Counted from the first letter of the stretch, positions 1 to 14,767 are shown. The stretch is 64,000 nucleotides of DNA from Amoebidium appalachense (GCA_963693365.1 CAVNZM010000009.1:4901745-4965744); one strand, 5' to 3'. The notes: generated by a model not told the origin, from the sequence alone. Translations and numbers: made by a program.

Positions 1-24
1 AGTATGCGTAAAGCAATGAGGGAG

Positions 25-58
<34 letters not shown>

Positions 59-1953
59 ATAGAATGAGATAGAGACACGGCTGACATCGAAAGACAAAAA
101 ACAGTCTGTGTGTGTGTGTGTGTGTGTGTGTTGAAAGAGGGGGAGGGGAGGGAGGGGAGGGGGGAGGGGAAGGGGAGGACGGGTAAGTTAGCTAAAAGTG
201 GAGACATGTGTAGAGATGCTTTACTGTGTGTCTCTGAAATGGGCCAGTATCGCACTCGTCTTTCTCAAGGCGCCATGCACCCATACCACAACTCTGCCCC
301 TCCCCCCCCCCCTCCCCCTCCCCTTCCCCCCGTCTTACACCCCACCCACCACCATCTCCTCCCCCCCCCCCCCCTCCCCCCAAGCACACACACACACAAA
401 CACACTTCCTCCCACTTCTGGGGGGGAAAAAAAAAGCTCGACCACCCCAAACCCTCCTTTGCCGCGCCATAAAGCCCCCTCAGCTCCTCCCCGCTGCACC
501 TTTGCTCTCCTAATATCTCCCGGAGTAGCTAACCCGTGCCTCTCTTCTTTCCCCACCCTCCTCCGCTTCCCCTCCCCCTTCACCTTCCCCCTCCTTCCCC
601 ATTCCCCCACACTTGCCTCACTCCCCTCATTCTCCCTCTCTTTCTCTCCCCTCCTTCTCTCTCTCTTCCCCCCCCCCCCCCCTCCCACCCTCTCCACCCC
701 TCACAAGGGAGGACTCCGTACACTCCAAACAGACCACGACAACAAGGGACAAGAAGACGGGTGAGAGGAGAGTGCAGCGAGTCAATAACTGGTGTAGAGT
801 AGAACACGTGAAGGACATGAGATTCGTATTCGTGAAACATAGATGTTGCAACAAGGAGAACAACGGGACAAAGAGGCTGTCATGAAAGTAGCAGTGAGAA
901 GGGGCGGTGTGGGTGAGGGGGAGTGGGGAGGGGGGCGGGGGGAGGGAGGGGGGGGGGGAAGTGAAAAGGGGTGCTCTGGGCAGGTAGGGAAGGAGAGGGG
1001 AGCCGGGGGGGGGGGGGGGGGGTTTGAATGCGTCAAAAAGTACGAAGTACACAAGAACAAACGGATAACACGATGCAGAATGCAAGCCATACATAAAGAG
1101 TATGCATAACAAATAAGCAGAGCCCATCCTCAGGGGGGGCCCACGTCATCCACGGTACCCGAGTTTCGACCTATTCCCCTCGTTAACGAAACCCAACTCA
1201 GATACTGTTTCACTTGAACATGAGTAGGTCACCCGTCTTGATCAGAGACGAGCAGGGTTGCTTATGCAGGCAAGGGCAGTGGGAAAGGCCGGGGGTTAAA
1301 GTTGCAGCAGTAAGCAGAAGCAAGAAAAATATAGATAGGAACTCAGGAGACGGGGCTTCTAGGAAGCTCTCCCGTCGATACCTAAGTCGATACTTCCCTG
1401 GCTAACATACTACACCAGCTGAAAAGAATTAAGTCCCGAAGGCCGCAGAATTCGCAATCAGAGGGGAAAAATATGAGATTTGACCCACGCCGCAGGGTAG
1501 TAACACGCTTACTAGGGCGGAACTTTATCGTCTTCGAACGGAAAGCTATGCCCCCGGATGTCAGCCGGAAATATGGTATGACCCATTGCTTTGGGCTTGA
1601 AAAAAGCCAAACCGATAGTCCGAGTTATGTTACGCCGGCGGGTAACATGCCGCATGGGTTCCAAGGGAGCTGTCGCCAACAGAGCGGTGTGTGCATGCGT
1701 GCGCGTAACGCAATGTGTGAAGTGTGTCTATAGCTATGAAAGGGGGTATGCAGAAGTGGACAGATGAAGTGTGTGGAGAGAAAAACAGTAAGAAGAAAAG
1801 TAGACACCGGTATGTGCAACCCCGCACAACATACATACACACACACACACACACACATAAATAAGCGAAGATTACAGGTAATCAACCAGAACAACAAATG
1901 ACAAGCAAAACAACAGGCGTCAAAAAAAAAAAAAAAAAGAAAAGAAAGAGAGG

Positions 1954-2006
<53 letters not shown>

Positions 2007-2510
2007 GGGGGGAGGGGGGAGGGGGGGGGGGGGGGGGAGGGGGGGGGGGGATAGATGCAGAACTATGTGTGAAATGACATACAGCTACAATAGGAGAATC
2101 ACGATGCAGGACACGAGCACGAGAAGTAAGCAACATCAGCAACGTGGGTACTATGTCACAAGCATCCTCATTGAAGCGCCAAGTCAAAAATTGATCTGGG
2201 TTTCAACCCTGCCTCGAAAGCAATACCCAACTCAGACAGCAGAATTCGTCTGTCAACCATACAAGCAGCCATTTTGCTCACACATGCAATCCTTCTACGA
2301 CGGGTGACCAAGCACTGCATGTAGCAAACATTCTTTTATGATTTACAGACGCACGAGAGAGGAGGGAGGGGGAGAGGGAGGGGGGCTGGATTGAGGTACA
2401 GAGTACAAAGTACATTTATTATTTGTGGAGAACACCACGCAGAGGGCAAAGTACATTAAAAAATGGTATTCACCATCAGAAGATTCCATCCCTCAAGGGG
2501 GACACAATGG

Positions 2511-2545
<35 letters not shown>

Positions 2546-2646
2546 GGTGGGGAGGGAGGTGTAGAGGGCGGGAAAGGCGGGGAAAGGAGGCAGAGAAGCA
2601 CACAGATGTAGACCGAGATTATAGAGGAGTGTTATTGGGGGAAAGG

Positions 2647-2680
<34 letters not shown>

Positions 2681-2685
2681 CTTAC

Positions 2686-3371
2686 TTCAAGTCAGCCTTA
2701 TCCTTCTCCGACAGTGCAGGCAGGTCGACGTCGATGTTTGGAAGGTTACACCCCTTTCTACTTCCGAGCACGCCCGAGTTCATCAGCTCGCACGTCACAG
2801 ATGTGTCGGTGACGGAGAGAACACGGAATGAGAGGAGACCGTCGTCGATAAACACGTACGACCCGGGGCTAACCACCTTCGGGAGGTTCTTGTAGTCGCA
2901 GTAAACGTCGGTTTTCGTCCCGTTTTCATAGTAGGATTCATCCATGTGAAGGGTAATCCTGTCTCCGTTCTCCAGCTTGACGTCCCCATCTTTCATGATT
3001 CCCGTTCTGATTTCCGGACCTTTTGTGTCCAGCGCTATTGCCACGGGAGGGCCAGGGTGCAGGCGGCAGGACTCACGCATGTTTTTGATGAGTCCCCCGT
3101 GAAATTCATGAGACCCATGGGAGAAGTTCAGACGCATAATGTTGAGCCCGGCCTGGCGTAGTGCCGTGAGCATTTCCACCGAACCTGTTTTGGGGCCTAT
3201 TGTGCAAATGATGGAAGACCTTCGAACACCGTCTGGGTTGTTCTGGATGTCCAGTTTGGACATGTGACCTATGCGTGTTAGTTCGGCCCATGCTGCCTTT
3301 TGCCCTTGGTTCTGAAAAGAACGGGGATAGGCGGGTATCGTAAACGAAGACATACGCTGTAGGGAATCCAT
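2686..3371 (-). CDS. PYK: Pyruvate kinase, first coding exon (later exons not found, probably left of the window)
   Basis: ATG at 3371. Translation has PK motifs IICTIGP, RLNFSHGSHEFH, AIALDTKGPEIRTG, IDDGLLS and KGCNLPNIDVDLPALSEKDKADLK. GTAAG donor at 2685. Confidence 0.95.
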
Positions 3372-4235
3372 GGCGGCCTTGGTAACAGATGAACAGAACC
3401 TGGTTACTACGTGAAAGAAAGTAGAGTGCCCCGTCGTGGTGGTAATGATGGTGCGTAAGCGTTTGCGCGTGTGTGTGTGTGTGCGTGCGTGTGCACGTGC
3501 GTCCCCACGCACGTACGTGTCCTGTGGGACAGAAGATATAGAGGGTGTTGGGCTGAACAATAGTCTATTTGTCCTCAGAAGGAACTTCTCTGTAGAAAAA
3601 GGCACAGGGAGCGTCTGAGTCAGACATCAGAAGCCAGAACAAAACGAGTGTGCGCAGTAGATATAGACGAATAATTAAGTCTTCAGAGATCGCAAAAATG
3701 TGGCGAGCATCAAATTGCATCAGTCTACGTAAACTTTTGTGCACCCGACATTCAATGGTAAAGCAGCCTAAGTGGTATGCTTATATACCAACACTATTTT
3801 TACATGTTACTTCAGAGCTCTAAGAAGCTCTGAACAGATATAATAGCATGTTTTCTTTAAAGGTATGACATTAAGAAAACAAAGAAAGTTGAAAGACCCC
3901 CACTGATCGTCGTCGCGATGCAGTCAATATGGCGAGCGAATATGTCAACAAAATTCCGCACGAGCGAATAGGAGAACTTAAACTCTTTTTTACGCTCCTA
4001 TTGGTTTTTGTGAGCCAATAAGATTTCTAAATCTGCTTTTTTGCCCTTTTTCACGTGAGCAGTTGCTCAGTTTGCGTAAATGATGTAAGATTCTATTGGC
4101 TCTTGGTAGGTCCGAAGCACCCTAGAGTCGCCCGCCGCGGCGCCGCTTGGCCACTGGCCAGAGGTCAACATACCCAGGGTGCACGTGCCGCTATGCCGTG
4201 CACGTGTGGTGGTGACGGTAGTGCCGGGTGTGGGT

Positions 4236-4312
<77 letters not shown>

Positions 4313-5801
4313 GACGGAGGGGGGAGGAGACTGTTTCCACCTCGGCCACCAGCTGCAGATATCGATATTCGGAATTCCCTTTTTTCTTTAGGTTTGTGTG
4401 TCTACTAAGTAAATTTTAAGTTTGGCCTCCAATGTTAGATCGGATCTTCTGGGAACATTTGTGTTCTTGTTACGATATCGATGTTTATTTGTCCGACTCA
4501 TCTCAAACCTATGTTATAAGCATGATATATCCCACTACTACCATAACTAACTAACCCTTTAAAGCATACATAAATCCCCCTGCCCCTTCCTCCCTTCCCC
4601 TTCCCCCTCCGAGAGGGCCTACTACGTCCATCCCCCCCCCCCCCCCCCCTCCTTTTTCTCCTCCCTCCAAGCGGTTTCGGATCCCGTTCCCTGGCCTTCC
4701 CCGGGTAAAAATATTATTGGCAGACACTACTACTACTGTTCACCTAGCCCCTGCAGCTGCAGCTCGATCGAATTAAGCCAAGATTGCATTTTTACAAGCA
4801 TTTGCAGACACACACACGCACGAGTCCATGCACAGTTGCATACACACAGGCACACTCAAACATAGATAGCAAGGGAAGAAGAAGCCAACATTAGTTACAT
4901 GCATAACAGGCATGAGTCACAAGATTCTGACACACATACACACACACGTGCACCATACCCACTTCCCACACCTACCCACACACACACACACACACACAAA
5001 GCACACATGGATAACTTGAAGCGCTTGGCTTCCCCCCTCCCCCCCCCTCCCCCTCCCTCCCCCCCGGCTCTCCTCCCCTTAGTCAGTACCCAAGCTCAGC
5101 CTGCTCAGTCCCCCCCAACCCTGGTATTCGAAGTAGGCTGTTCCGCAGCATACTCCTTTCTTCCCTTTAACCCCCTCCCCCCCCCCCCTCCCCCCCCCCC
5201 CCCCCTCCCCCCACCCCCCCACACACACACACATACACACACCCCACCACCACCACCACCACCACTACTAACACACATAACCGCACCCCCGACCCCGCCC
5301 CTTCCCGAATACACAACAAGCATAAAGCTCAGGCCTCTACCTTTGCTTTTTTCATGCCTCGCTTTCCTTTCTCTGCCTCTCATACCAACCTCAATCGCTA
5401 CTTCCTCCCACATCCCCCTGCCCCGCTCGTATGCGTCCTGCTTCTGTGCCCCTCGCCCCTCTTGTCTTATTGGCTTTTTTTTGTGTTGGGAAGTGGGTAG
5501 GGGGGCAGGTGAGTAGGCGTGTGCGTAGTTGGTAGGCAAGTGTGTAGTGTTGCTGGTGCTGGTGAGAGAAAGAGAGAGAGGACTGAGAGGGGGGTGTGTG
5601 TGGGGGGAGGGGAGAAAGCAGGTAACTGGGACTTGGTGCGTAAGGTGCCACGGTGCATAGTGTGTAGGCACGTAGGTGTGTGGGTGTGTTGGCGCAGGGC
5701 ACCATATAGACCAAAGCTGGGCCCGTGGGTATCCCAGGGGGGGGGGGGGGGGGGGCTAGGTAGGGGGGAGGGGGGGAGGGGGGGGAGGGAGGGGGGCAGC
5801 T

Positions 5802-5867
<66 letters not shown>

Positions 5868-6140
5868 CCCTCCCTCTCTCTCTTTTTTGGTTTGTTTAAG
5901 GGAAGGGAAGGGGGGGGGGGGGGGGGGAGGGGTGCAGGGAGGGATAGGGGGGCGGGTACGGACTTGGCACGTATCTTGAGGTGTGTAGGTGTAGTGTAGG
6001 TGCTGTCTAAGAATTAATATCAATTTATGTATATTTTATTCCTCGGAAAGATCTTACAGAATTTGAGAACGAACGAACGGCTTATGATAATGTCGTCTGA
6101 CATCAGAGTTGACTGACATGCAGTTTCACAGATTTCAGAC

Positions 6141-6557
6141 ATGGCCAGCCCTTCTGCAAGTACTTTCCAAGTTGTGCTGGAAAGCTTCAAGAAAAGTACT
6201 CCGGTCGTTGGAACATGGGTAGGAATTGCTGCAGCAATTGTCGCATGCACCATCTACGTGGAGCGCGGCAAGGGTGAGGTGGCCCGGCTGCGAAGCGAAG
6301 TGGAGCTGAAGGAGAAGCAGGAGGAAGAGAGGGAGAAGCTGAAAGAGAAGCAGGAGGAAGAAAGGGAGAAGCTGAAAGAGAAACTGCATGAGAGGGACAT
6401 GCAGCTCCAGGCTAAGGAGATGGAGACATCACGTGCAAGGTCCCTGGTGGACACGTGGGACGCCCTTGTGCGCACCGGGCTGTCGGCTGACTACCCGCTC
6501 AAGAAAAACGCCACAGACCAAGGATCACAGTTGCCGAGTGTGCAAACAACTAAATGA
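6141..6557 (+). CDS. Small single-pass membrane protein with coiled coil, unknown function
   Basis: Intronless 138-aa ORF in non-repetitive sequence. Hydrophobic stretch VVGTWVGIAAAIVACTIYV is followed by a charged region with a duplicated LKEKQEEEREK. Confidence 0.6.
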   Translation: MASPSASTFQVVLESFKKSTPVVGTWVGIAAAIVACTIYVERGKGEVARLRSEVELKEKQEEEREKLKEKQEEEREKLKEKLHERDMQLQAKEMETSRARSLVDTWDALVRTGLSADYPLKKNATDQGSQLPSVQTTK

Positions 6558-7126
6558 TTGAGGTATTGAGGGGTTGAGGGGTTGAGGGGTTGTACGTGTA
6601 TTTCTGCTGTATTTACCATACATGGTGCTAAGTGCTTGTATAGCCGTTAGGAATCATTACGAGCTCACCACTATTTATTCATATATTGATCAGTCATCGA
6701 AATTCCCTGTCCCCATGTGGTTCACAGCAAATGTGTGCACTTGCGTCACGCAGACTGTCTGTTCAATAGAAGCTTCCTTGCCCACTTCCCCAGTACTGGT
6801 GGGCACTGAGGCTTTTGGGGATATCTCGTACTCGACATTAAAATTATTCATGCTCGATATGACCATTTGTGCCGGGGATCTGAGCTGACATTCATACGCC
6901 ATTATGACCATATATGGTACGCACTGATACACACCACCATCATCATTTATGGTTATATTTCATTCTGATATTCATACTTATTAGCCAATATCGCCAGCAA
7001 AAACGAACATCACCACTAGTGTTTTTCTCGTTAGATCCGATTTACATACATATAAGGTCATTCATGCCCTCCAGGCTATTTAGGGTAATCCACGCCACCA
7101 CTTCCAAATATGTTAAGCATGGCATC

Positions 7127-7270
7127 TTAGCATTTCTCAGCTACCCGCAGTTTGGCAGATCGTGCACGTGGGTTGGCGGTGATTTCTGATTGGCTGGGAA
7201 CAATGGGTTTGCGGGTGATCTCTTTGAAGAGCGGTGTTGGTCCGGCTGCAGTGGGTGGGTTGTAGTAGGC

Positions 7271-7302
<32 letters not shown>

Positions 7303-8161
7303 GCGTGTGTGTGTGTGTGCGCGCTGCACATTGGCCTGTTTTCTGCCTTGTGTGTTATGGGTGGGTGCGTTTGAAAAGAGGAGAGGGGGGGGGGGGGGGG
7401 GGGGGGGTGGATGTTGAGACTTGAGCGCCACGTCTGCAATTCACGGCCATGTTTTACCGCCTCACACATAAACCAAAGGGGTGGCATGCCATATTCCCCA
7501 AAAAACATACAGGAAGTAAGCTGTGAGAGTGTTCTTTTGGGGGGGATTAGGAATGATGTGAGAATAAGATGGCAAGGGAAGGTGCCGGGACAGAAGAGAG
7601 GAGGAACAAAAGGGTGACACCCACACTGAACGCACATGAACCCAAGCACAGAAAAACATATGTGCAGTGTGCTATATCCGTATGAGTAGTGTGGTACTCT
7701 ATTTGAGTATGAAGTGTGAAGAACATAAGGGGCTAAAAAGGAAAGCATTGACATGCGGCTAAGTTGTACTGTTTCCTAGTGGGGTGGGGTGGGTGGGGGG
7801 TTACGTGCAATGAAAACCCGAGGGGGGTGGGGGGTTGGGAGGCACAAATTGTGCGTAAATACTTCTTTACGATCGAGTCTTCTCCGGAGTGGAACGAAAT
7901 AACTGGGGTGAAGGTGTGTCATAGGGGGGGGGGGGGGGGGAGGGGGGATGTGTGTGTGTTTGTGTTTGTGTGCGTGTATGTGTGTTGGGGGGAAGGGGGA
8001 GGTTAGAAAACACCATCTTGGTCGACTCATGTGTGAAACAATTGCCTTTGTTGTCCTAATCTCATTTCAAGTCAAGGAATGTTTCTGGTTTCAAAGTAGT
8101 ATACTTCTTCCTTGCCTGCTGGGTGTGTGCGACCATTTTTTTTTTTATTTTTTTTATTTTT

Positions 8162-8202
<41 letters not shown>

Positions 8203-8275
8203 GGGGGGGATGTTTGGAAGATTCATGTACTTCGTGTCCATGTAACCAGACTCTGTTGGTAGCAGTGACGTAGAG

Positions 8276-8321
<46 letters not shown>

Positions 8322-9258
8322 ACCCACACACACACACACACAGACATACACACACACACGCACACACACACACACACATTAAAAAAAACCAAAAAGAAAA
8401 ACAAAACAGAGACAGACGTACAAGGACACAAATGCACACACAAGAGCACAGACAGGCAGACACACGCACACCCAAGAACACACACAAGGAAACACAAGCA
8501 CCCTATTCCCAACCACCCCCCCAGCTGAATGATCAGGCCACCACCAAATGCCCTCCTCGTTCCTCTGTTTGGCTCCTCTCTTACACTTCTCCCCAAGGCA
8601 CACACTTGCCATCTTTTATAGTCATCCTACTTTATTTCTCCCCCCTTTATCCCTCACACTCCCCATCCCCCCCCCTTGGCGAATACACTAATACACATGC
8701 AAGCACATATGTGCGTACAGACACACACACGATCGCTCACACACCCACACACAGACACAGACACACACACACACACACCCAAACAGAGGCACACGCACGC
8801 ACACACACATACAGAGGCACACACACACACAGACACACACACACAGAGAGGGGGGGGGGGGGGGGGGGGGATATACCAGCCAGTCTCCCAGCCAGTCTCC
8901 CCCCCACATCCAAAAGACTTGATGCCGCATCTAGTGCTTTCTCCAGCTCACTCATCTGCAACCCATACCCTCACTCAGTGAAAACCCGAAACAAAATCCA
9001 AATCTCGCCCCAGCCAACCCTCATCCCCCACCTCCCCCCCTTCCCCCCAACCCCCCCCAAAAAAAAATCCTCTGCTGCAAACAAGGAAAGGGGAAAAGGC
9101 GCGGCAACACACGGTGCCTTCCACACTCCACACACGTCCTTTTTGACTAAACAAAAAGAGGAAGTAGTGTGGGTGCAGAGATATCTCTATTCTGATGGTT
9201 GATGTTTTTGGGTAAATGCACAAATATGCGTGCTTGCCTGCATGCAAGTACATGGAAG

Positions 9259-9302
<44 letters not shown>

Positions 9303-9309
9303 TGTGTGT

Positions 9310-9378
<69 letters not shown>

Positions 9379-9629
9379 CGTGTACGCACGTGTGCGTGTG
9401 TGTGTCTATGCGTGTGCATGTGTGTGTGTGCGTGTACGTGTGCGTGTGTGTGTGTGCGTGTGTGTGTGTGTGTGTGCGCGCACACACGCGTGTGTGTGCG
9501 TGTGTGCGCACGTGTGTGTCTGAGCTTGTGTGTGTGTGTGTGTGGGGGGGGGGGGGGGGAGGGGGGGGGGGGAGGGGGAGAGGGGGTGCATGTGTGTGTG
9601 TGTGTCCTTGTGTGCATGTGCGTGCGTGT

Positions 9630-9728
<99 letters not shown>

Positions 9729-9964
9729 GTGCCTATGCATGTGTTGCAGACATTATGCCTCCGGGAACGCTTCAAAAAAACATTGGGGCATTATGCCAAG
9801 TTATGTTCTAACACGTTTTATAGTGTAGGAGAATGCACATGCACTTGAATGCATTAACAGAGAAGAACACACCCTATCTATGGTATTCATATGGTCTGGG
9901 AGCATGGGCACAGAGCCGCGCAAGGAGGCGGGAGTAGGGTAGGGGAGGAGGGGAGGAGGGCGGG

Positions 9965-10000
<36 letters not shown>

Positions 10001-10240
10001 CTGCAAATACCTCATCGTTGACAAGAATGCGCAGGGCTTGAAATGTTTTTGTTGCGGGGTGAAGAACAAACATCCCTGCGTGGGCATGTTGTGGGTGATC
10101 TTATCTTCCCCCCTTTCCCCTCCCCCCTCCCCTCCTCCCCCCTCCCCCGTACACACCCCATCCCTCACGGGTGCACACACCCACATACACCCACACACGT
10201 GCACACACGCTCTTTCCTCTCTTCGGCCCCCCCACCTTTC

Positions 10241-10277
<37 letters not shown>

Positions 10278-10582
10278 CCTCTCTCATAAAACGAACCCAT
10301 TTCAAAAAACGCATCGTCCCGGCCACCACCATCACCGCACGCAAAAACTGATCTACTAGCACAGGACGCCAGATAACAAATTTGGAAATGTTTATGCACC
10401 CCGCAAGGGGTATCTTCATAAGGAGAACAAAAGTGAGGGAGTGACGATTTGGGAGAGCATGGGATGGGAGGGAGGTGGGAAGAGAGAGCAGGGGGGGTGT
10501 ACCTGCTTGTTTCTTTGCTGCTCGTGCCTGTTTTGTCTTTTTGGGAAGGGCAGCACTCACAATGTTTGACAGCTGCCGTGTG

Positions 10583-10664
<82 letters not shown>

Positions 10665-11296
10665 GTTTTGGGGGTGGGGGGGAGGCGTTGAGAATGTGGT
10701 GACGTACACAGTACTGAGTGCAATCAAAAGGGAAAAAAGGGAAGGGACACGGAAACCCTGAAAGGACATAGAAAGAGCAGAAACTATGTTTCAGTAACGC
10801 CCCTCCTCCCCACCCTTCCCCCGCTAATCTCGTTCTCTGTCTTCCTCTTTCTCCCCCCCCCCCCCCCCCCCCTTCCCCCCTCACCCTCCTCCTTCCTGTC
10901 TTCATCCCGTCCCCCCTCTCTACCCATCCCACCATCTCCCTCTAATCTGTCCCTCCCTCCCTGGCCCTCTCTCTTTCCACCCCCATACGTGCGCATTGCA
11001 AGCTTTTAACCATGCGTCAACCCAACACTACTATTTCACTTGCTGTCCGTGCCATATCCAGGACACTTCTAATGACACCGTATTAATAACCATCTGAGAG
11101 CACTCCCTCTCAAATGACTTGTGTTGTATCAAGTGATAGGGTTTTGTTGAAAGAGAGGGAGATATATGGGGGAGGGGGGGGAAGGGGGGGGGGGGGGAGG
11201 CAGACACGTACAGACTATGGGTGTGTGTGCACGTGTGGTGACTATGGCCTCGGCAATTCGCTCGGCAACATTGTGAGGCTCACCACCGTACTGGGA

Positions 11297-11332
<36 letters not shown>

Positions 11333-11512
11333 TGGTTAGCACGTGTGTGCACTTGCATGTGTGCAGTACGCATGTATTATGTGTGCACGTGTGCATGTAT
11401 CTTATGTGGACATTTACAGACCTGTCCAAAACAATCACACAATTACACATACACACAAACGACACAGGCACATCATAGCAAAATATGTGTGTGCATCTCC
11501 ATAACCTCTTTC

Positions 11513-11607
<95 letters not shown>

Positions 11608-11737
11608 CCCCCCCCCTCCCCCCTTCCCCCCCCCCCCCCCAAAAAAAAAAAAATCCCCCCCACTCTCTCTCTTTCTCTCTGTCTCTCTCCCCCTCCCCTC
11701 CCCTCCCCTATCTTCTCTCTCTCTCTCTCTCTCTCCG

Positions 11738-11829
<92 letters not shown>

Positions 11830-11840
11830 CACTCTCTCTC

Positions 11841-11882
<42 letters not shown>

Positions 11883-11896
11883 CGTGCGCGTGTGTA

Positions 11897-11935
<39 letters not shown>

Positions 11936-13601
11936 ATGCATGCACGTGTGTATGTGCGTCTGTGTGTGTGTGTTGCTGTGTAAGTGAGCGTGCGTATGCA
12001 CGTAGGTCGAACACATGCATGTGTTGTGTCTGTGTGTGAATGTGTGTGTGTGTAGTTTCACCACCACCCACGTGCCTGCCTGCACGTGCACACCCACCTC
12101 CTCTATCGCCTCTGCTAACTGCTGCACAGACAAATTTGCCACAAAATCTGCCGCCGTGCCGTCCCCCCCAGAGTCCATGCGCAGGTCTAGGGGGCCATCC
12201 TGCCCCAATCCAAATCCCCGCCACGCCTCATCCACCTGAAGGAACCAATCAGAGTCAATCCCCCTAGACCTACCTATTATTTTTTATCTGTATAAGGTTG
12301 GTTGTGGCTGGAGTGGGTGGGTGGGTAGTTGTGCAGGTGTGTGCTTTTTGCATAATTTTGTGTGTACGTGTCTGTGTGTACGTGTCTGTGTACGTGTCTG
12401 TGTGTACGTGTCTGTGTGTACGTGTGTGTGTGTACGTGTGTGTGTGTGCGTGTCTGTGTATATGTGTCTGTGTGTACGTGTCTGTGTGTACGGTACACGT
12501 GGACATGGACGGCTCTGCCCGATGTGTGTGCATGGCTCTCATTGTAATTTTTCATGATTCTTTTATTTCCTTCACTTTTTCTTTCTTTCTTTTCTTCCTC
12601 TTTTTCTTCCTTTTTTGGGGGGGGGGGAGGAGAGGGTGGCGAGGGGGGACGGGGGGGGGGGGGGGGGAGAAAGGTAGTGTACGAAGTAGGAGATATCATG
12701 ACAAGCATTCAGCTGCGCTGAAAACATATACAGCACCTTCCCCCTCGATAAACACACGTGACCAGTTTCCCTCTTTCCCCCATTTTAGAAAAGCTCTAAA
12801 AGAAATCCTTCATTGTACGTTCCATAACCACAAGGAACAAATTATTTCCATACTGAGACACACACTAGCACATTCTAGCATGTCGTAGCGTTGCCAATCA
12901 TGCCCCCTGTAACATCCCTTTTTTGGTACGGGTATGACGGGGAGACAGACAGGATATGTAGCATGAAAGGGATAGCATGTGCGCGTGTGTGCTTGGGTGG
13001 GTCTGTGTGTTGGGGGGGTTGGGGGGAGGGGGGGGGATGGAAGGTGGGTGGGTGTGTGTGTTAGGGGAGGGGGGGGGATGGAAGGTGGGTGGGTGTGTGT
13101 GTTAGGGGAGGGGGGGGGGGATGGAAGGTGGGTGGGTGTGTGTGTTAGGGGAGGGGGGGGGATGGAAGGTGGGTGGGTGTGTGTGTTAGGGGAGGGGGGG
13201 GGATGGAAGGTGGGTGGGTGTGTGTGTTAGGGGAGGGGGGGGATGGAAGGTGGGTGGGTGTGTGTGTTAGGGGAGGGGGGGGGGGGATGGAAGGTGGGTG
13301 GGTGTGTGTGTTAGGGGAGGGGGGGGGATGGAAGGTGGGTGGGTGTGTGTGTTAGGGGAGGGGGGGGGGATGGAAGGTGGGTGGGTGTGTGTGTTAGGGG
13401 AGGGGGGGGGGGATGGAAGGTGGGTGGGTGTGTGTGTTAGGGGAGGGGGGGGGATGGAAGGTGGGTGGGTGTGTGTGTTAGGGGAGGGGGGGGGATGGAA
13501 GGTGGGTGGGTGTGTGTGTTAGGGGAGGGGGGGGGGATGGAAGGTGGGTGGGTGTGTGTGTTAGGGGGAGGGGGGGGATGGAAGGTGGGTGGGTGTGTGT
13601 G

Positions 13602-13641
<40 letters not shown>

Positions 13642-14509
13642 TTACCTGCATTGAAGAAATACCAAGGTCTAATGAAATGCCGTCGACGGAATTTGGCCTG
13701 TGCAAAATGTTGAGTGGTGGTGTGCCCATGAAGTAAGTGTTTTAGCAATAACCACTTGGTAATGGTTTCGCCTTTTTCCCTCTTTTTATGTGAATGTTTT
13801 CTTTTGTTTTCCTTTTCATTTCCTCGCTTCGTTCATGTTGTGAGGATATGAAGTAGTACCCAGACCCCTCCATTTGCCCCCGTTTGTGTTTCTGGCTGTG
13901 CTGGCATGTGCCCACGTGCAGTTGGTGTGCCGGTCACATGTGTGCAACGAGGAAAGGAGGTTTTGGCCCGGGGGAGGCCAACAACAATGAATGGGGGAAA
14001 CAAGGAGGGGAGGGCGGAGGGGGGAGAGGGGGGGGGGGGGAGGGATATATAAATGACAAAGTTGGTCTCTGGTGTACTAGTGTGTGTAAATGTGGCATTA
14101 GGATACAGGCAGTGGACGGGTTAGAACTGCACAAGAGTACACAAGAAAGATACCATGCAGGAACCCATGCTGAGAAGAGTGGGTGAGATGTGTGTGTGTG
14201 TGTGCGTGTGTGTGTGTGTTGGGGGGGGGGAGGGGGGGGGGGGGGGGACAGCCGGTAGGGGAAGGGGGGGGGGGGTGGTTGGGGGGAGGGGGGAGGGGGA
14301 GGAGGAGGGGAAGCCGGTATAGGGGGGGGGGGGCACGGACTTTATGCTATGGGTATGAAGCAACCCAAGCATGAATCCAAACCGGCCCTGCACAAAGTCC
14401 AACTGATTACCATGGATTTGGCCCGGGCCATGGGTACATTCGGGTCACGGTCCATCCCTATGACCCGATTCGAAGTATTGCTGTCTGTGTGCGTTGCGGT
14501 AGTGATCAA

Positions 14510-14548
<39 letters not shown>

Positions 14549-14585
14549 TAATGATAATAATAATAATAATAATAATAACAATAAC

Positions 14586-14670
<85 letters not shown>

Positions 14671-14711
14671 GTTAAAAAAGGAAAAACAATGGAATAAGAA
14701 AGAAGAAGAAA

Positions 14712-14767
<56 letters not shown>

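Noticed and set aside
700-740. FGVYGV on minus as pyruvate kinase exon 2
   Set aside because: There is no suitable acceptor and no following DMIFASF-like motif.
1120-1175. Hammerhead ribozyme on minus (GAAAC and CTGAGGA present)
   Set aside because: Stems II and III cannot be formed convincingly.
3372-3605. N-terminal extension of pyruvate kinase in the ORF track
   Set aside because: It begins at a non-ATG codon and crosses a (CA) repeat; the ATG at 3371 has a good GCCGCCATGG context.
13030-13612. CRISPR-like or telomeric array
   Set aside because: There are no unique spacers, only variable G-runs, and TTAGGG occurs once per unit rather than in tandem.
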